From positions 2,048,001 through 2,112,000 of the forward strand of contig CAVYRF010000001.1 in assembly GCA_963770895.1 (NCBI GenBank): 64,000 bases of DNA, written 5' to 3'. The translations under genes and the position numbers were made by a program. This stretch comes from an uncultured Acidobacteriota bacterium. Lineage in GTDB: Bacteria; Acidobacteriota; Thermoanaerobaculia; Multivoradales; UBA5704. Within the stretch, counting starts at the first letter, position 1. Each line of letters opens with the position of its first letter. The notes under the pieces are model-generated. The model was not told the DNA's origin. It was given only the letters and a program-made list of their open reading frames with translations, and did not search any database. Shown one piece after another: positions 10,358-20,789 of the stretch.

Positions 10358-12052
10358 TCAGATGCCCGCCGCCGTGTCTTCCGGCCCGCTCACCTGCGGC
10401 TCCTTCCAGGCGCGCGCCGCGTCCAGGTCCAGCTGCGCGCCGGTCGCCGCCAGGTGCTGCCAGGTGAGGCCGCGGAACGCCGGGATTTCCCCCGCCAGCA
10501 GATCGAAGACCGCCGGCTCGGAGAGGTTGGCCCAGCTGGTGTCGTAGCGCGCCAGCAGCTCGCACAGCACGTCGGCCGCCGGGCGCGCCTGGCCGGTCGG
10601 CGGGAAGGCGCGCTCGAAGCGCTGCACGCGCCATTCGACGTTGACGAAGGTGCCCGCCTTTTCGGCGTGGGTCGCGGTCGGTATCGCCACGTCGGCCGCC
10701 TGCGCCAGCGGCGAGTCGGCCCAACCGAAGACGATCAGCACGCGCGCCCGGCGCAGCCGCTCGACCGTCGCCGGATCCCAGGCGCCGCGGCCGAAGTCGC
10801 TGTCGCAGACGACCAGCACCGAACAGAGCGCCGCGGCGTCGCCGTCGAGCAGCGCCGCCGCGTCCAGGCTGGCGCCGCCGGTGCCCGAGGCGCCGTCCAC
10901 CTTGCCGGCGGCCAGGCCGGCGAGTTCCGCGCCGCGCCGGTTGGGCGCCGCCTCGCGGCCGTCGATGCCGCCCTGCAGGTTGGGGATGTGCCGCTCGCGG
11001 CCGATGTCCACGGCCACCGACCGGTGCGGCGTGCCGGCCACGTCGGCCAGCTGCGCAAAGAGATACGCCTCTTCGGTGGTGAGGAATCCCGAGCCCAGCA
11101 TCGCCACGGCGCCGTCCGAGCTCTTGCTGCGCAGGTGGCGCGCCACGACGTCCAGCGCTTCCTTCCACGACACCGCCTCCGCGGTCGCGGCGCCGTCGCG
11201 GCGCAGGCGCGGCGAGGCAAGGCGCGGCACCGTGCGGTAGCGCTCGTGCGAGGCGCGCCCGTCGTCGCACATCCAGTAGTCGTTGACGTCGGGGTTGAAG
11301 CGCGGCTTGTAGCGCTTGATCGCGCCGTGACGGTGCTCGATCGTGATGTTGCAGCCGACCTCGCAGCCGGTGCACAGCGACGGCGCCTTGGCCAGGTAGA
11401 AGACGCGCTCGGCGAAGCGGAAGCGGGTGGAGGTCAGGGCGCCCACCGGGCAGATGTCGACGACGCAGGTCGCCAGCTGGTTGTCCAGCTGCTTGCCCGG
11501 AAAGGTGCCGATCTCGGTGCGCGCGCCGCGGTTGAAGAAGCCCAGCTCGGCGGTGCCGGCGACCTCTTCGGTGAAGCGGATGCAGCGCGTGCACTGGATG
11601 CAGCGGTTCATGTTGAGCATGACGTTGCCGCCCAGCGGGATGCGCTCGCGCCCCGGATAGGTGCGCTTGTCTTCGAACTGGAAGCGCGAAAACGACACGC
11701 CGTGCTTGAAGGCGTAGTCCTGCAGGCCGCATTCGCCCGCCTGGTCGCAGATCGGGCAGTCGAGCGGGTGGTTGATCAGCAGGAACTCCATCATCCCCTT
11801 TTGCGCTTCGCGCACTTCGGGGATGTTGGTGTGCACCACCATGCCGTCCTTGGTGACCGGCGTCGAGCAGCCGGCCTGGAGCTTGCCCATGCCGTCGATC
11901 TTGACCAGACACATGCGGCACTGGCCGACGATCGACAGCCGCGGGTGGTAGCAGTAGTGCGGAATCTGCACGCCGACCTTGAAGGCGGCTTCGATGAGAT
12001 TGGTGCCGGCCGCGACTTCCACGGTGCGGTCGTCGATGGTGACTTTGGGCAC
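10358..12052 (-). CDS. nuoG: NADH-quinone oxidoreductase subunit G (short form, 564 aa)
   Basis: Fe-S motifs 'PHYCYH...GQCRMCLV', 'HPLDCPICDQAGECGLQ', 'CIQCTRC...CPVGAL', and N7-type 'CTGCEVGC...CDDG'. Confidence 0.93.
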   Translation of the reverse strand: MPKVTIDDRTVEVAAGTNLIEAAFKVGVQIPHYCYHPRLSIVGQCRMCLVKIDGMGKLQAGCSTPVTKDGMVVHTNIPEVREAQKGMMEFLLINHPLDCPICDQAGECGLQDYAFKHGVSFSRFQFEDKRTYPGRERIPLGGNVMLNMNRCIQCTRCIRFTEEVAGTAELGFFNRGARTEIGTFPGKQLDNQLATCVVDICPVGALTSTRFRFAERVFYLAKAPSLCTGCEVGCNITIEHRHGAIKRYKPRFNPDVNDYWMCDDGRASHERYRTVPRLASPRLRRDGAATAEAVSWKEALDVVARHLRSKSSDGAVAMLGSGFLTTEEAYLFAQLADVAGTPHRSVAVDIGRERHIPNLQGGIDGREAAPNRRGAELAGLAAGKVDGASGTGGASLDAAALLDGDAAALCSVLVVCDSDFGRGAWDPATVERLRRARVLIVFGWADSPLAQAADVAIPTATHAEKAGTFVNVEWRVQRFERAFPPTGQARPAADVLCELLARYDTSWANLSEPAVFDLLAGEIPAFRGLTWQHLAATGAQLDLDAARAWKEPQVSGPEDTAAGI

Positions 12053-12057
12053 GGTGA

Positions 12058-13349
<1,292 letters not shown>

Positions 13350-13350
<1 letters not shown>

Positions 13351-13970
13351 CAGGGCAGCTCCTCGACGATGCGGCGCACCGCGTCGGGGGTCAGGTTCTC
13401 GTGGTAGGTGTCGTCGATCATCATCATCGGCGCGGTGTCGCACGAGCCGAGGCATTCGAAATGGACGTAGGAGCAGCGGCCGTCCGGGGTGACTTCGTTC
13501 TCGCCGACGGCGAGCTGCCGGCGCAGCGTCTCCATGATCTCGTCGGAGCCGCGCAGCATGCACGGCAGGTTGGTGCACACGCGGATGCGGTGGCGCCCGA
13601 CCTGGTGCTGGTGCAGCAGGTCGTAAAACGTCACCACGCCGTAGACCTTGGCCGGCGGCAGCTCCAGCTCGCGCGCCACGGCGGCGATCGCGGCGTCGGG
13701 CAGCCAGCCGCCCCATTCGCGCTGGGCGATGTGCAGCGCCGGGATGAGCGCCGCTTCGCGGGTCGGGTAGCGCTTCAGCAGCTGCTGCACCTGGTCGCGC
13801 GCCGCCGGGCTCCAGTCTGCGGGCGCTGCGGGATCGGTGGCGCTGGCGGCGGGGGCGGTGGCGACCTGGGTGGGTGCCGCGGCGGGCGGACCGCCGGCCG
13901 GCGGCGAGCCTGCCTTTTCAGCCGGCGTCGTGGCGCGGGCCGTCGGGTCGACGGGAGTCGGATCGCTCAT
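13350..13970 (-). CDS. nuoE: NADH-quinone oxidoreductase subunit E, with Pro/Ala-rich N-terminal extension
   Basis: 'VYGVVTFY', 2Fe-2S motifs 'VCTNLPCMLRG' and 'ECLGSCDTAPMM'. Confidence 0.95.
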
Positions 13971-14419
13971 GCATGCCCCTTGAGCGGGCGGGCCGGCGTC
14001 GGTCGCCCGGCGAAGGTCAGCGAAGAGGGCCGGCGGCGCTGCTCGCGCAGCGGTCCCAGGTCCAGGCCGCCCTTGATCCAGATGTAGGCGTAGCCGACCA
14101 GGATCAGGAACACGAACACCATCACCGCGGCGAACAGCTCCCAGCCGCCCTGCTTGAGCACCAGCGCCCAGGGATACAGGAATGCGGCTTCCAGGTCGAA
14201 GACGATGAAGTCGATCGCCACCAGGAAGAAGACGATCGAGATGCGCTTGTGGGAGCGGTCGAGCAGCGGCATTCCGGACTCGTACGGGGTGCCCTTGATG
14301 CGGCCGCCGATCTGGTTGCCGCCGAGCTTCCCGACGAGATAGGAGAGCAGGAGGATCACGGTGCCGATGACGATCGCGATCCCGAGAGTCAGCAGGACAG
14401 GGTAGTATTGCTGAGGCAA
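13967..14419 (-). CDS. nuoA: NADH-quinone oxidoreductase subunit A
   Basis: 'KGTPYESG', 'FIVFDLEAAFLYPWA', 'GYAYIWIKGGLD'. TTG start after GAGGAAAGG. Confidence 0.93.
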   Translation of the reverse strand: MPQQYYPVLLTLGIAIVIGTVILLLSYLVGKLGGNQIGGRIKGTPYESGMPLLDRSHKRISIVFFLVAIDFIVFDLEAAFLYPWALVLKQGGWELFAAVMVFVFLILVGYAYIWIKGGLDLGPLREQRRRPSSLTFAGRPTPARPLKGHA

Positions 14420-14585
14420 CGGGGCCTTTCCTCCGCTCGGCAGATCATTGGAATCCGCACTTGCCCTGGGCTAGTGCGGGCCGCCCGCGCAGTCGATCCG
14501 CGGCACCTTCGGGTGTCCCCCGGGTGCCCCGGAACCCCCGGCTGACAAACGGTCCGGGGCTGCTTCGGGGGCGCTTCTCTCGGGC

Positions 14586-14603
14586 TCGTGAAGAATGTCA
14601 CAA
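14586..14603 (-). promoter_or_regulatory. Putative Rex operator upstream of nuoA
   Basis: Minus strand reads TTGTGAC-ATTC-TTCACGA, two mismatches from the Rex consensus TTGTGAA-N4-TTCACAA. It is an AT-rich palindrome in GC-rich DNA, just downstream of a TTGTCA -35-like hexamer (14616-14621). Confidence 0.75.
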
Positions 14604-14830
14604 GCTCCGTCGCGATGACAAGGCGGAAGGGTATCCTCTCCGCGGCCGGCCGCTCGCACAGAGGGAGCGGCCGGGGCGAGCGCCTGCGCGGGCAGGCAGG
14701 ATCGCAGCAGCGCGCCGGGTGACGGAGGATCACGGAGGAGCGGGCCAGGCATGCCGCCGCCCGCAGCCGGTTGGCTGACGGGACGACAGACTGGGAAGGG
14801 AAGGGGAAAAACTGGATCAGCAGGAAGCGT

Positions 14831-14917
14831 TGGTGCGAAAGGGGGGACTCGAACCCCCACGACCTTGCGGCCACAAGATCCTGAATCTTGCGCGTCTACC
14901 AATTCCGCCACTTTCGC
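14831..14917 (-). tRNA. tRNA-Leu (anticodon CAG), CCA encoded
   Basis: Reverse complement GCGAAAGTGGCGGAATTGGTAGACGCGCAAGATTCAGGATCTTGTGGCCGCAAGGTCGTGGGGGTTCGAGTCCCCCCTTTCGCACCA: acceptor stem GCGAAAG/CTTTCGC, anticodon loop TT-CAG-GA, long variable arm, GTTCGA T-loop. Confidence 0.97.
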
Positions 14918-14926
14918 GCGGCGGTG

Positions 14927-14956
14927 ATTCTAGGGAGAGTTGAGCCAAGGTGTCAA
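14927..14956 (-). promoter_or_regulatory. Sigma70-type promoter of tRNA-Leu
   Basis: Minus strand TTGACA (14956-14951), 18-bp spacer, TAGAAT (14932-14927), then a GC-rich discriminator immediately before the tRNA. Confidence 0.8.
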
Positions 14957-17013
14957 ATTCAGCGTTGGAAGAGGAACCGTCCGGGGACAAACCGGGCGAA
15001 ACGATGGTCGGCACGATCGAGGCCGGCCCTGAGGCAGTGCGCGGGCGCAGCCGGAGGCGATGGGTGGTACCGTTCGACCCCAAGCTGACGGTCGACCTGC
15101 TGGTGGACGGGGCGGCGGACGTGCCGGCCGGGCAGTTCGTGGTGGTCGCGGTGGAACGGCCGCGGCGGCGAGCCGGCAGCAAGGCGGCGGCGGCTCCGTC
15201 GGCGTCGGCAGGGGGAGCGGGGGCGGCGGCGGGGGAGCTGCGCGGGCGCCTGGTCGAAGTGCTGGGCGATCTGGAGACGCCAGGGGTCGATGCCACGGTG
15301 GTGCTGCGCCACTACGGCATTCCCGAAGCCTTCCCCGAAGAAGTGCTGGCGGCGGCGGCGGCCCTGCCCCAGGACCCGCCGGAAGCCGACTGGCGCGGGC
15401 GCCTGGACCTGCGCGACCGGGTGGTGGTGACGATCGACGGCGACAACGCGCGCGACTTCGACGACGCGGTGTCGGTCGAGCGCCGTCCGGACGGGTTGTA
15501 CCGCCTGGGGGTCCACATCGCCGACGTCTCCCACTACGTGACCGACGGCAGCCCGCTGGACCGCGAAGCCTACCGGCGCGGCACCAGCGTCTACTACCCC
15601 GAGCGCGTCATCCCGATGCTCCCCGAAGGCCTGTCCAACGGCCTCTGCTCGCTGCGGCCGGGGGTGCCGCGCCTGACGCTGTCGGCTTTTCTGGACGTCG
15701 ACAGCGACGGCCAGGTGCGGGGGCGGCACTTTGCCGAGACGGTGATCCGCAGCGCCCGGCGCCTGACCTACGACGAGGTGCGGCGGGTGCTCCAGGAGCC
15801 GCGTCCCGGCGACGACGCCGCATACGGGCCGGTCCTGGGCGCGCTGCGTGACCTGGGCGAGCTGGCGGCGGTGCTGCGCGGCGCGCGGGAGCGCCTCGGC
15901 TCGCTCGATTTCGACCTGCCCGAAGGCAACGTCGAGCTGGACACCGACGGCACCGTCGTGGGCATCCTGCCCCACGAGCGCAACGTCGCCCACCGCCTGA
16001 TCGAAGAGCTGATGGTCGCCGCCAACGAAGCCGTCGCCTACGAGCTGGCGCGGCGAGAGACCCCGGCGCTCTTTCGGGTGCACGACCCGCCCGCGCGCGA
16101 GCGACTGGAAGAGCTGGCCGAGCTGCTGCGGCCGTTGGGCATCGCCATCCAAGGCGACTTCGACGAGCTGCCGCCGGCGGCGCTGCAGGCGGTGCTGCAC
16201 CAGGCCGACCAGCGCCCCGACGGCGCGCTGCTGTCGGCGCTCGTGCTGCGCACCCAGCAGCGCGCCGTGTACAGCCCCGAGTGCCGCGGCCACTACGCGC
16301 TCGCGGCGCCGTTCTACACCCACTTCACCTCGCCCATCAGGCGCTATCCCGACCTGCTGGTACACCGGCGCCTGAAGCTGCTGCTGGCCGGGCGGCACGA
16401 TGCGGAGGCCGACCGCGAGCTGGCGGCGCGCCTGCCCGAGATCGCCGACCACTGCAGCGCCACGGAGCGCCGGGCCGAGCAGTCCGAGCGCGACCTGCTG
16501 CAGTGGAAGAAGGTGCGCTTCCTGGCCGGTCGCACCGGCGAAACCTTCGCCGGACACATCACCGGCGTACAGCCGTTCGGCCTCTTCGTGCAGCTCGACC
16601 AGTTCCACGTCGACGGCCTGGTGCCGATCCGCACCCTGGCCGACGACTTCTACGTCTACGAGCCGGAATCGCACCGCCTGGTGGGGGAGCGGCGGCGGCG
16701 CGTCTTCCAGCTCGCGGACCAGGTGGACATCGTCCTCACCGGGGCCGACCTGCGCCATCGCGGCCTGGACCTGGCGATCGCCGGCATGCCGGCGCCGCCG
16801 GAACGCGCGGGCGGCGGCGCGCGCCGTGGCAGCGGCGCAGCGGGCCGGAGTGGCGGGGGCGGGGGCGGGGGCGCAAAGCGCGGCGGTGGAGGAGCCAGCC
16901 GCGGCGGTGGAGGAGCCAGCCGCGGCGGTGGAGGAGCGAGCCGCGCCGGCGGCGGAGCGAGCAGCGCCGGCGGGGGTGCCGCCCCGCGCGGGCGGTCCAG
17001 GCGGCAGCCATGA
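14950..17013 (+). CDS. rnr: Ribonuclease R / RNB-family exoribonuclease (start uncertain; ATG 15004 is an alternative)
   Basis: RNB catalytic motif 'TIDGDNARDFDDA', 'HIADVS', 'RGTSVY', 'YTHFTSPIRRYPDLLVHR', C-terminal S1 domain and Gly/Arg-rich tail. Confidence 0.9.
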   Translation: MSNSALEEEPSGDKPGETMVGTIEAGPEAVRGRSRRRWVVPFDPKLTVDLLVDGAADVPAGQFVVVAVERPRRRAGSKAAAAPSASAGGAGAAAGELRGRLVEVLGDLETPGVDATVVLRHYGIPEAFPEEVLAAAAALPQDPPEADWRGRLDLRDRVVVTIDGDNARDFDDAVSVERRPDGLYRLGVHIADVSHYVTDGSPLDREAYRRGTSVYYPERVIPMLPEGLSNGLCSLRPGVPRLTLSAFLDVDSDGQVRGRHFAETVIRSARRLTYDEVRRVLQEPRPGDDAAYGPVLGALRDLGELAAVLRGARERLGSLDFDLPEGNVELDTDGTVVGILPHERNVAHRLIEELMVAANEAVAYELARRETPALFRVHDPPARERLEELAELLRPLGIAIQGDFDELPPAALQAVLHQADQRPDGALLSALVLRTQQRAVYSPECRGHYALAAPFYTHFTSPIRRYPDLLVHRRLKLLLAGRHDAEADRELAARLPEIADHCSATERRAEQSERDLLQWKKVRFLAGRTGETFAGHITGVQPFGLFVQLDQFHVDGLVPIRTLADDFYVYEPESHRLVGERRRRVFQLADQVDIVLTGADLRHRGLDLAIAGMPAPPERAGGGARRGSGAAGRSGGGGGGGAKRGGGGASRGGGGASRGGGGASRAGGGASSAGGGAAPRGRSRRQP
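16879..16962 (+). repeat. 21-bp tandem repeat (four copies) encoding (RGGGGAS)n in the RNase R tail
   Basis: CGCGGCGGTGGAGGAGCCAGC at 16879 and 16900, variants at 16921 and 16942. Confidence 0.9.
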
Positions 17014-18341
17014 GCCTGACTCCCACCGTGGCCATCGTCGGCAGGCCCAACGTCGGCAAGTCGACCCTGTTCAACCGGCTCCTGGGGCGCCGCCAGGCGA
17101 TCGTGCACGACCTGCCGGGGGTGACGCGCGACCGCATCACCGGCCTGGCCGAGATCGCCGACGAGCGCCACATCCAGATCATCGACACCGGCGGCCTGGT
17201 GGTGGGCGACGACCCGCTCGGTCTGTCGAAGCAGGTCTTCCTGGCGGTCGACGAAAGCGACCTGCTGATCTTCCTGGTCGACGGCCGCGACGGCCTGGTG
17301 GCCGCCGACCAGTCCGTATGGCAACGCCTGCGGCCCACCGGCAAGCCCGCCATCCTGGTGGTCAACAAGGGTGACACCCGCGAAGGGCGCAGCCGCTTCC
17401 CCGAGTTCTACAGCCTGGGCATCGACCCGCAGCTGCTCATCTCCGCCGAACACGGCTCGGGCATCGGCGAGCTGCGCGAAGCGCTCGCCCTGGCGCTGCC
17501 GCAGGTCGCCGCCGAACCGCGCCCCGACGCCCCTGCCATCGCCATCGTCGGCCGCCCCAACGTCGGCAAGTCGTCCCTGCTCAACTGCATCGCCGGCCAG
17601 CCGCGGGCGCTGGTCTCGCCGGTCGCCGGCACCACCCGCGACCCCCTGGACACCCTCATCCAGCGCGGCGACCGCTCCTACCTGCTCATCGACACCGCCG
17701 GCATCCGCCGCCGCAGCCAGATCTCGGGCGCCCCTGAAGAGCTGGCGGTGATGATGGCGCGCCGCCAGATCGAGCGCGCCGAGCTCGCCGTGCTGGTCAT
17801 CGACGCCACCCAGGGCGTCACCAGCGGCGACCTCGCCATCGCCGGCAGCATCTGGGAGCTGGGCCGCGCCGCCGTCCTGGCCATCAACAAGTGGGACCTC
17901 CTGGACGAAGAGTCGCGAGTGCGCCTGGAAAGCTCCCTGGAACGGCTCGAAGAGCACCTGGCGGCGCCCCTGCGCGTCAACGAATCGGCGCTCACCGGCC
18001 GCAACGTCGACAAGCTCTTTCCCGCCATCGACCGCGCCCTGGCCGGCTACCGCACCAAGCTCACCACCGGCGAAGTCAACCGCTTCTTCGCCGCGGCGCT
18101 GGAGCAGGTCGCCCCGCCCAACCTCGGCGGCCACCCCTGGAAGCTCTACTACGCCACCCAGGTCGCCAGCGAGCCCCCCACCTTCATGCTCTTCTGCAAT
18201 CGCCCCCTGCCCCGCAACCACCACTACCGCCGCTACCTGGAAAACCGCCTGCGCGAACACCTCGACGTCCCCGGCGTCCCCCTGCGCCTGGTCGTCCGCC
18301 GCCGCGCCACCGACGAAGCCAAGCGCCGGGGAGCCCGATGA
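17010..18341 (+). CDS. der: Ribosome biogenesis GTPase Der (EngA)
   Basis: Two G-domains each with 'AIVGRPNVGKS', plus 'DTGG'/'DTAG' and 'NKGD'/'NKWD', KH-like C-terminus 'YRRYLENRLRE'. ATG 17010 overlaps the rnr stop (ATGA). Confidence 0.96.
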   Translation: MSLTPTVAIVGRPNVGKSTLFNRLLGRRQAIVHDLPGVTRDRITGLAEIADERHIQIIDTGGLVVGDDPLGLSKQVFLAVDESDLLIFLVDGRDGLVAADQSVWQRLRPTGKPAILVVNKGDTREGRSRFPEFYSLGIDPQLLISAEHGSGIGELREALALALPQVAAEPRPDAPAIAIVGRPNVGKSSLLNCIAGQPRALVSPVAGTTRDPLDTLIQRGDRSYLLIDTAGIRRRSQISGAPEELAVMMARRQIERAELAVLVIDATQGVTSGDLAIAGSIWELGRAAVLAINKWDLLDEESRVRLESSLERLEEHLAAPLRVNESALTGRNVDKLFPAIDRALAGYRTKLTTGEVNRFFAAALEQVAPPNLGGHPWKLYYATQVASEPPTFMLFCNRPLPRNHHYRRYLENRLREHLDVPGVPLRLVVRRRATDEAKRRGAR

Positions 18342-18429
18342 ACCCACCCCGCCGCCCCGTCGGAGCCCCACCGGTCCCGGCTCCAGTAAGGCCAGCACGC
18401 AGCGGCGCCAGCGCCGGCGTGGAGGCGGC

Positions 18430-19737
18430 ATGGCACCGATAGCCGGTCCGCGGCGCCGGCGCAGCCGCGTCGCCGCAGGCGATCAGAGCGGCATGCGGCG
18501 CATCGCCGACCGCCTGGCTCGCCGAATCGCGGGCGCCACCGGGAGGCCCGACAGGCCGTCGATCCACTCGCGCCCCGAACCGCGGTCGCACGCGAGAGCC
18601 CTGACCGCCACGGGGAAGGCAGTCCAATCGCGCGCGGAAGCCCTGACCTGCATGGGAGGCGGCCGAGAGGTGAGCCCAGGCGTCGCTTGCCGCAGGTCTC
18701 GCCGCATGGGGATGGCGGCCTGGGACAGCCTGGGCGCCGTTGCCCGCGAGTCTCGCCGCATGGGGATGGTGGCCGGGGACAGCCTGGGCGCCGTTGCCCG
18801 CGGGTGTCGCCGCATGGGGATGGTGGCCGGGGACAGCCTATGTGCTGTTCCCGGCAGGTCACACCGCACCGGCATGGCGGCCTGGGACAGCCTGGGCGCC
18901 GTTGCCCGCGGGTGTCGCCGGCAGTGGATATGGCGCTTCGGCCTGCTCGCGATAGCCGGCATGCTGGCCTTTGGCGCGGGATGTCGGCGCGCCGACGATC
19001 GCGCTGCGATCCAGGATCGCCTGCGCACCAAGGGCAGCGCCGAAGTGGTGCGCGAGGCCGCCGCCGCGCAGCGCTACACGCCGCCCGCCAACGGCCGCCT
19101 GACCGAGGCCCAGGTCCGCATGTACCTCAAAGTGCGGGAGCGCGAAGACCGCATCCGCGAGGCCGCGGCACAGGAATCCCTGCGCCGGGACACACACGCC
19201 GACGCCGCCGGGCAACCGCCGGCAGGGGAGCGCACGCCGGAGTCGCCGGCAGACCGCGCGGCAGACCGTGCCGCGCCGGCGTCCGGCAGCGCCCCAAGCG
19301 GCGCCGACACCCCGCCCGCGGACTCGGGCCTGGCCGCGGCCGACCTGCGAGCCGCCCAGGAGCTGCACGTCAACCCGCGCGAATACTCCTGGGTGCGAGA
19401 ACGCGTGCTGGAAGCTCAGACCGCCGCCACCACCCTAGCCCTCTTCCAAAAGATGGCCGCCGGCCGCGAACAGCTCCTCACCCACATGCGGCGCGACCTG
19501 GAAGCCCAGACCGACCCCGCCAAGCGCGCCGCCGCCGCCCGCGACATCGAAGACTGGAAGCGAGGCCTGCAGTCCACCGAACCCACCGTCCCGCCCGCCG
19601 TCCGCGCCAACGTCGCCCTCCTGGCCCGCTTCCGCGAACCCCTGGCCCGCCTCGCCGTCCTGGAAGACCAAACCCTGGCCACCAGCGCCGGCCTGGAAAC
19701 CCCGCCCCCCGCCCCCACCCCCAAGCCAGCCCACTAA
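18430..19737 (+). CDS. Putative lipoprotein, hypothetical (true start probably downstream of 18430)
   Basis: Hydrophobic stretch and lipobox-like 'FGLLAIAGMLAFGAGC' followed by a helical domain; strong C-ending codon bias in the 3' half. Confidence 0.6.
   Translation: MAPIAGPRRRRSRVAAGDQSGMRRIADRLARRIAGATGRPDRPSIHSRPEPRSHARALTATGKAVQSRAEALTCMGGGREVSPGVACRRSRRMGMAAWDSLGAVARESRRMGMVAGDSLGAVARGCRRMGMVAGDSLCAVPGRSHRTGMAAWDSLGAVARGCRRQWIWRFGLLAIAGMLAFGAGCRRADDRAAIQDRLRTKGSAEVVREAAAAQRYTPPANGRLTEAQVRMYLKVREREDRIREAAAQESLRRDTHADAAGQPPAGERTPESPADRAADRAAPASGSAPSGADTPPADSGLAAADLRAAQELHVNPREYSWVRERVLEAQTAATTLALFQKMAAGREQLLTHMRRDLEAQTDPAKRAAAARDIEDWKRGLQSTEPTVPPAVRANVALLARFREPLARLAVLEDQTLATSAGLETPPPAPTPKPAH
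18697..18920 (+). repeat. 54-bp tandem repeat, four copies (18-aa unit SRRMGMxAxDSLGAVARx)
   Basis: Contiguous units start at 18697, 18751, 18805 and 18859, with no spacers between them. Confidence 0.9.
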
Positions 19738-20030
19738 AACTCGCCGCCCCGCAGCGGCTGAGAAGCCGCCCCTGCCTCCAAGTCAGCCCACAAACCCCGC
19801 TGGCCGCACCGGCCGGGAAACCGCTCCCCGCCGGGACCTCAAGCCAACCCACGAAACCCGTTGCCCGGCGCCGGCCTGGACACCGCCGCCCCCACCCCCA
19901 TCGCCAAGACAACCCATTGAAACCGCTGCCCGCATCGGCCGGGAAACCGCTCCCCCTCCCAATCCAAGGCGGCCCGTCAACACCCGCTGGTTCGCGCCGA
20001 TGGGGAAGCCGCACCTCGCCCCACAAGACT
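19722..20030. repeat. Degenerate ~60-bp tandem repeat (about five copies) in a convergent intergenic region
   Basis: Units begin with CAAGxCAxCCCA-like words at 19722, 19779, 19840, 19905, 19965 and 20024. GCAYCGGCCGGGAAACCGCTCCCC recurs at 19806 and 19932. Confidence 0.65.
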
Positions 20031-20033
20031 GCG

Positions 20034-20606
20034 CTAGTGTTCTTCGAACACTTCGCGGACGGAGATCTCCAATCCGGGCAGGAGCGGCGTGGTCAGCGTG
20101 TCGTCGCTGGCCGCGAAAAGCTCGCCTGCCTCGCTGAAGCCCGGCCCCTCCAGCCGGCGGAGGATGCGGATCGCCTTGCGGCGCGGATCGACCAGCCAGT
20201 ACTCCGCGACGCCGCCCTCCTCATAGCGGCGACGCTTGAGCGTCTCGTCCCGGCGCCGGGTCGAGGGGGAGAGGATCTCGATCACCAGGTCGGGAGCACC
20301 CTGGATGTTGGGTTCCGTCAGGATCTGGCGGCGCTGGTTCGAGACGAACAGAATGTCGGGTTGGACGATGTCGTGCGCCGACAGCACCACGCCGATCGGC
20401 GGATACAGGACGCTCCCCAGCTTGTGCTCCCGCACGAACGTTGCTAGCAGAAGGAACAAGTTGGCGGAAATTTCTTGATGGAACACGACCGATGGAGGAG
20501 TCACGTAATGTACCCCGTCCAGGATCTCGTGGCGATCCCGATCGTCGGGGATCTGCACGAAATCCTGGTAGGTGAGCTTGCGGCGGCCGGTGCTGTGGAC
20601 TGCCAT
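20034..20606 (-). CDS. Uma2 (DUF820) family putative restriction endonuclease
   Basis: 'RHEILDG', 'VQPDILFV', 'GAPDLVIEILSPST...K...Y...GVAEYWLVDP'. Confidence 0.93.
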   Translation of the reverse strand: MAVHSTGRRKLTYQDFVQIPDDRDRHEILDGVHYVTPPSVVFHQEISANLFLLLATFVREHKLGSVLYPPIGVVLSAHDIVQPDILFVSNQRRQILTEPNIQGAPDLVIEILSPSTRRRDETLKRRRYEEGGVAEYWLVDPRRKAIRILRRLEGPGFSEAGELFAASDDTLTTPLLPGLEISVREVFEEH

Positions 20607-20789
20607 GGTTGCGTCTCCTCAAGGCTGTTCTGAAATCGTAGCACTGCGATTTTCCCCCGTCCGGCCCTCTCATAGAGATAGACGCAAACGAAGTCCGTTC
20701 CTGTGCATCGGCAGCGATCTTTTTCACGTGCGATCCGTAAAGCCTGCCGGAGAGATACGATCTCGGCTGGTGACCAGAGAGGTGCCGCG

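Noticed and set aside
14831-14917. tRNA-Leu as an integration site for a mobile element
   Set aside because: It is flanked by core genes, with no integrase and no duplicated tRNA 3' end noticed in the window.
18697-20030. Possible CRISPR arrays (54-bp and ~60-bp periodic repeats near the Uma2 nuclease)
   Set aside because: No constant repeat alternating with unique spacers, and no cas genes in the window.
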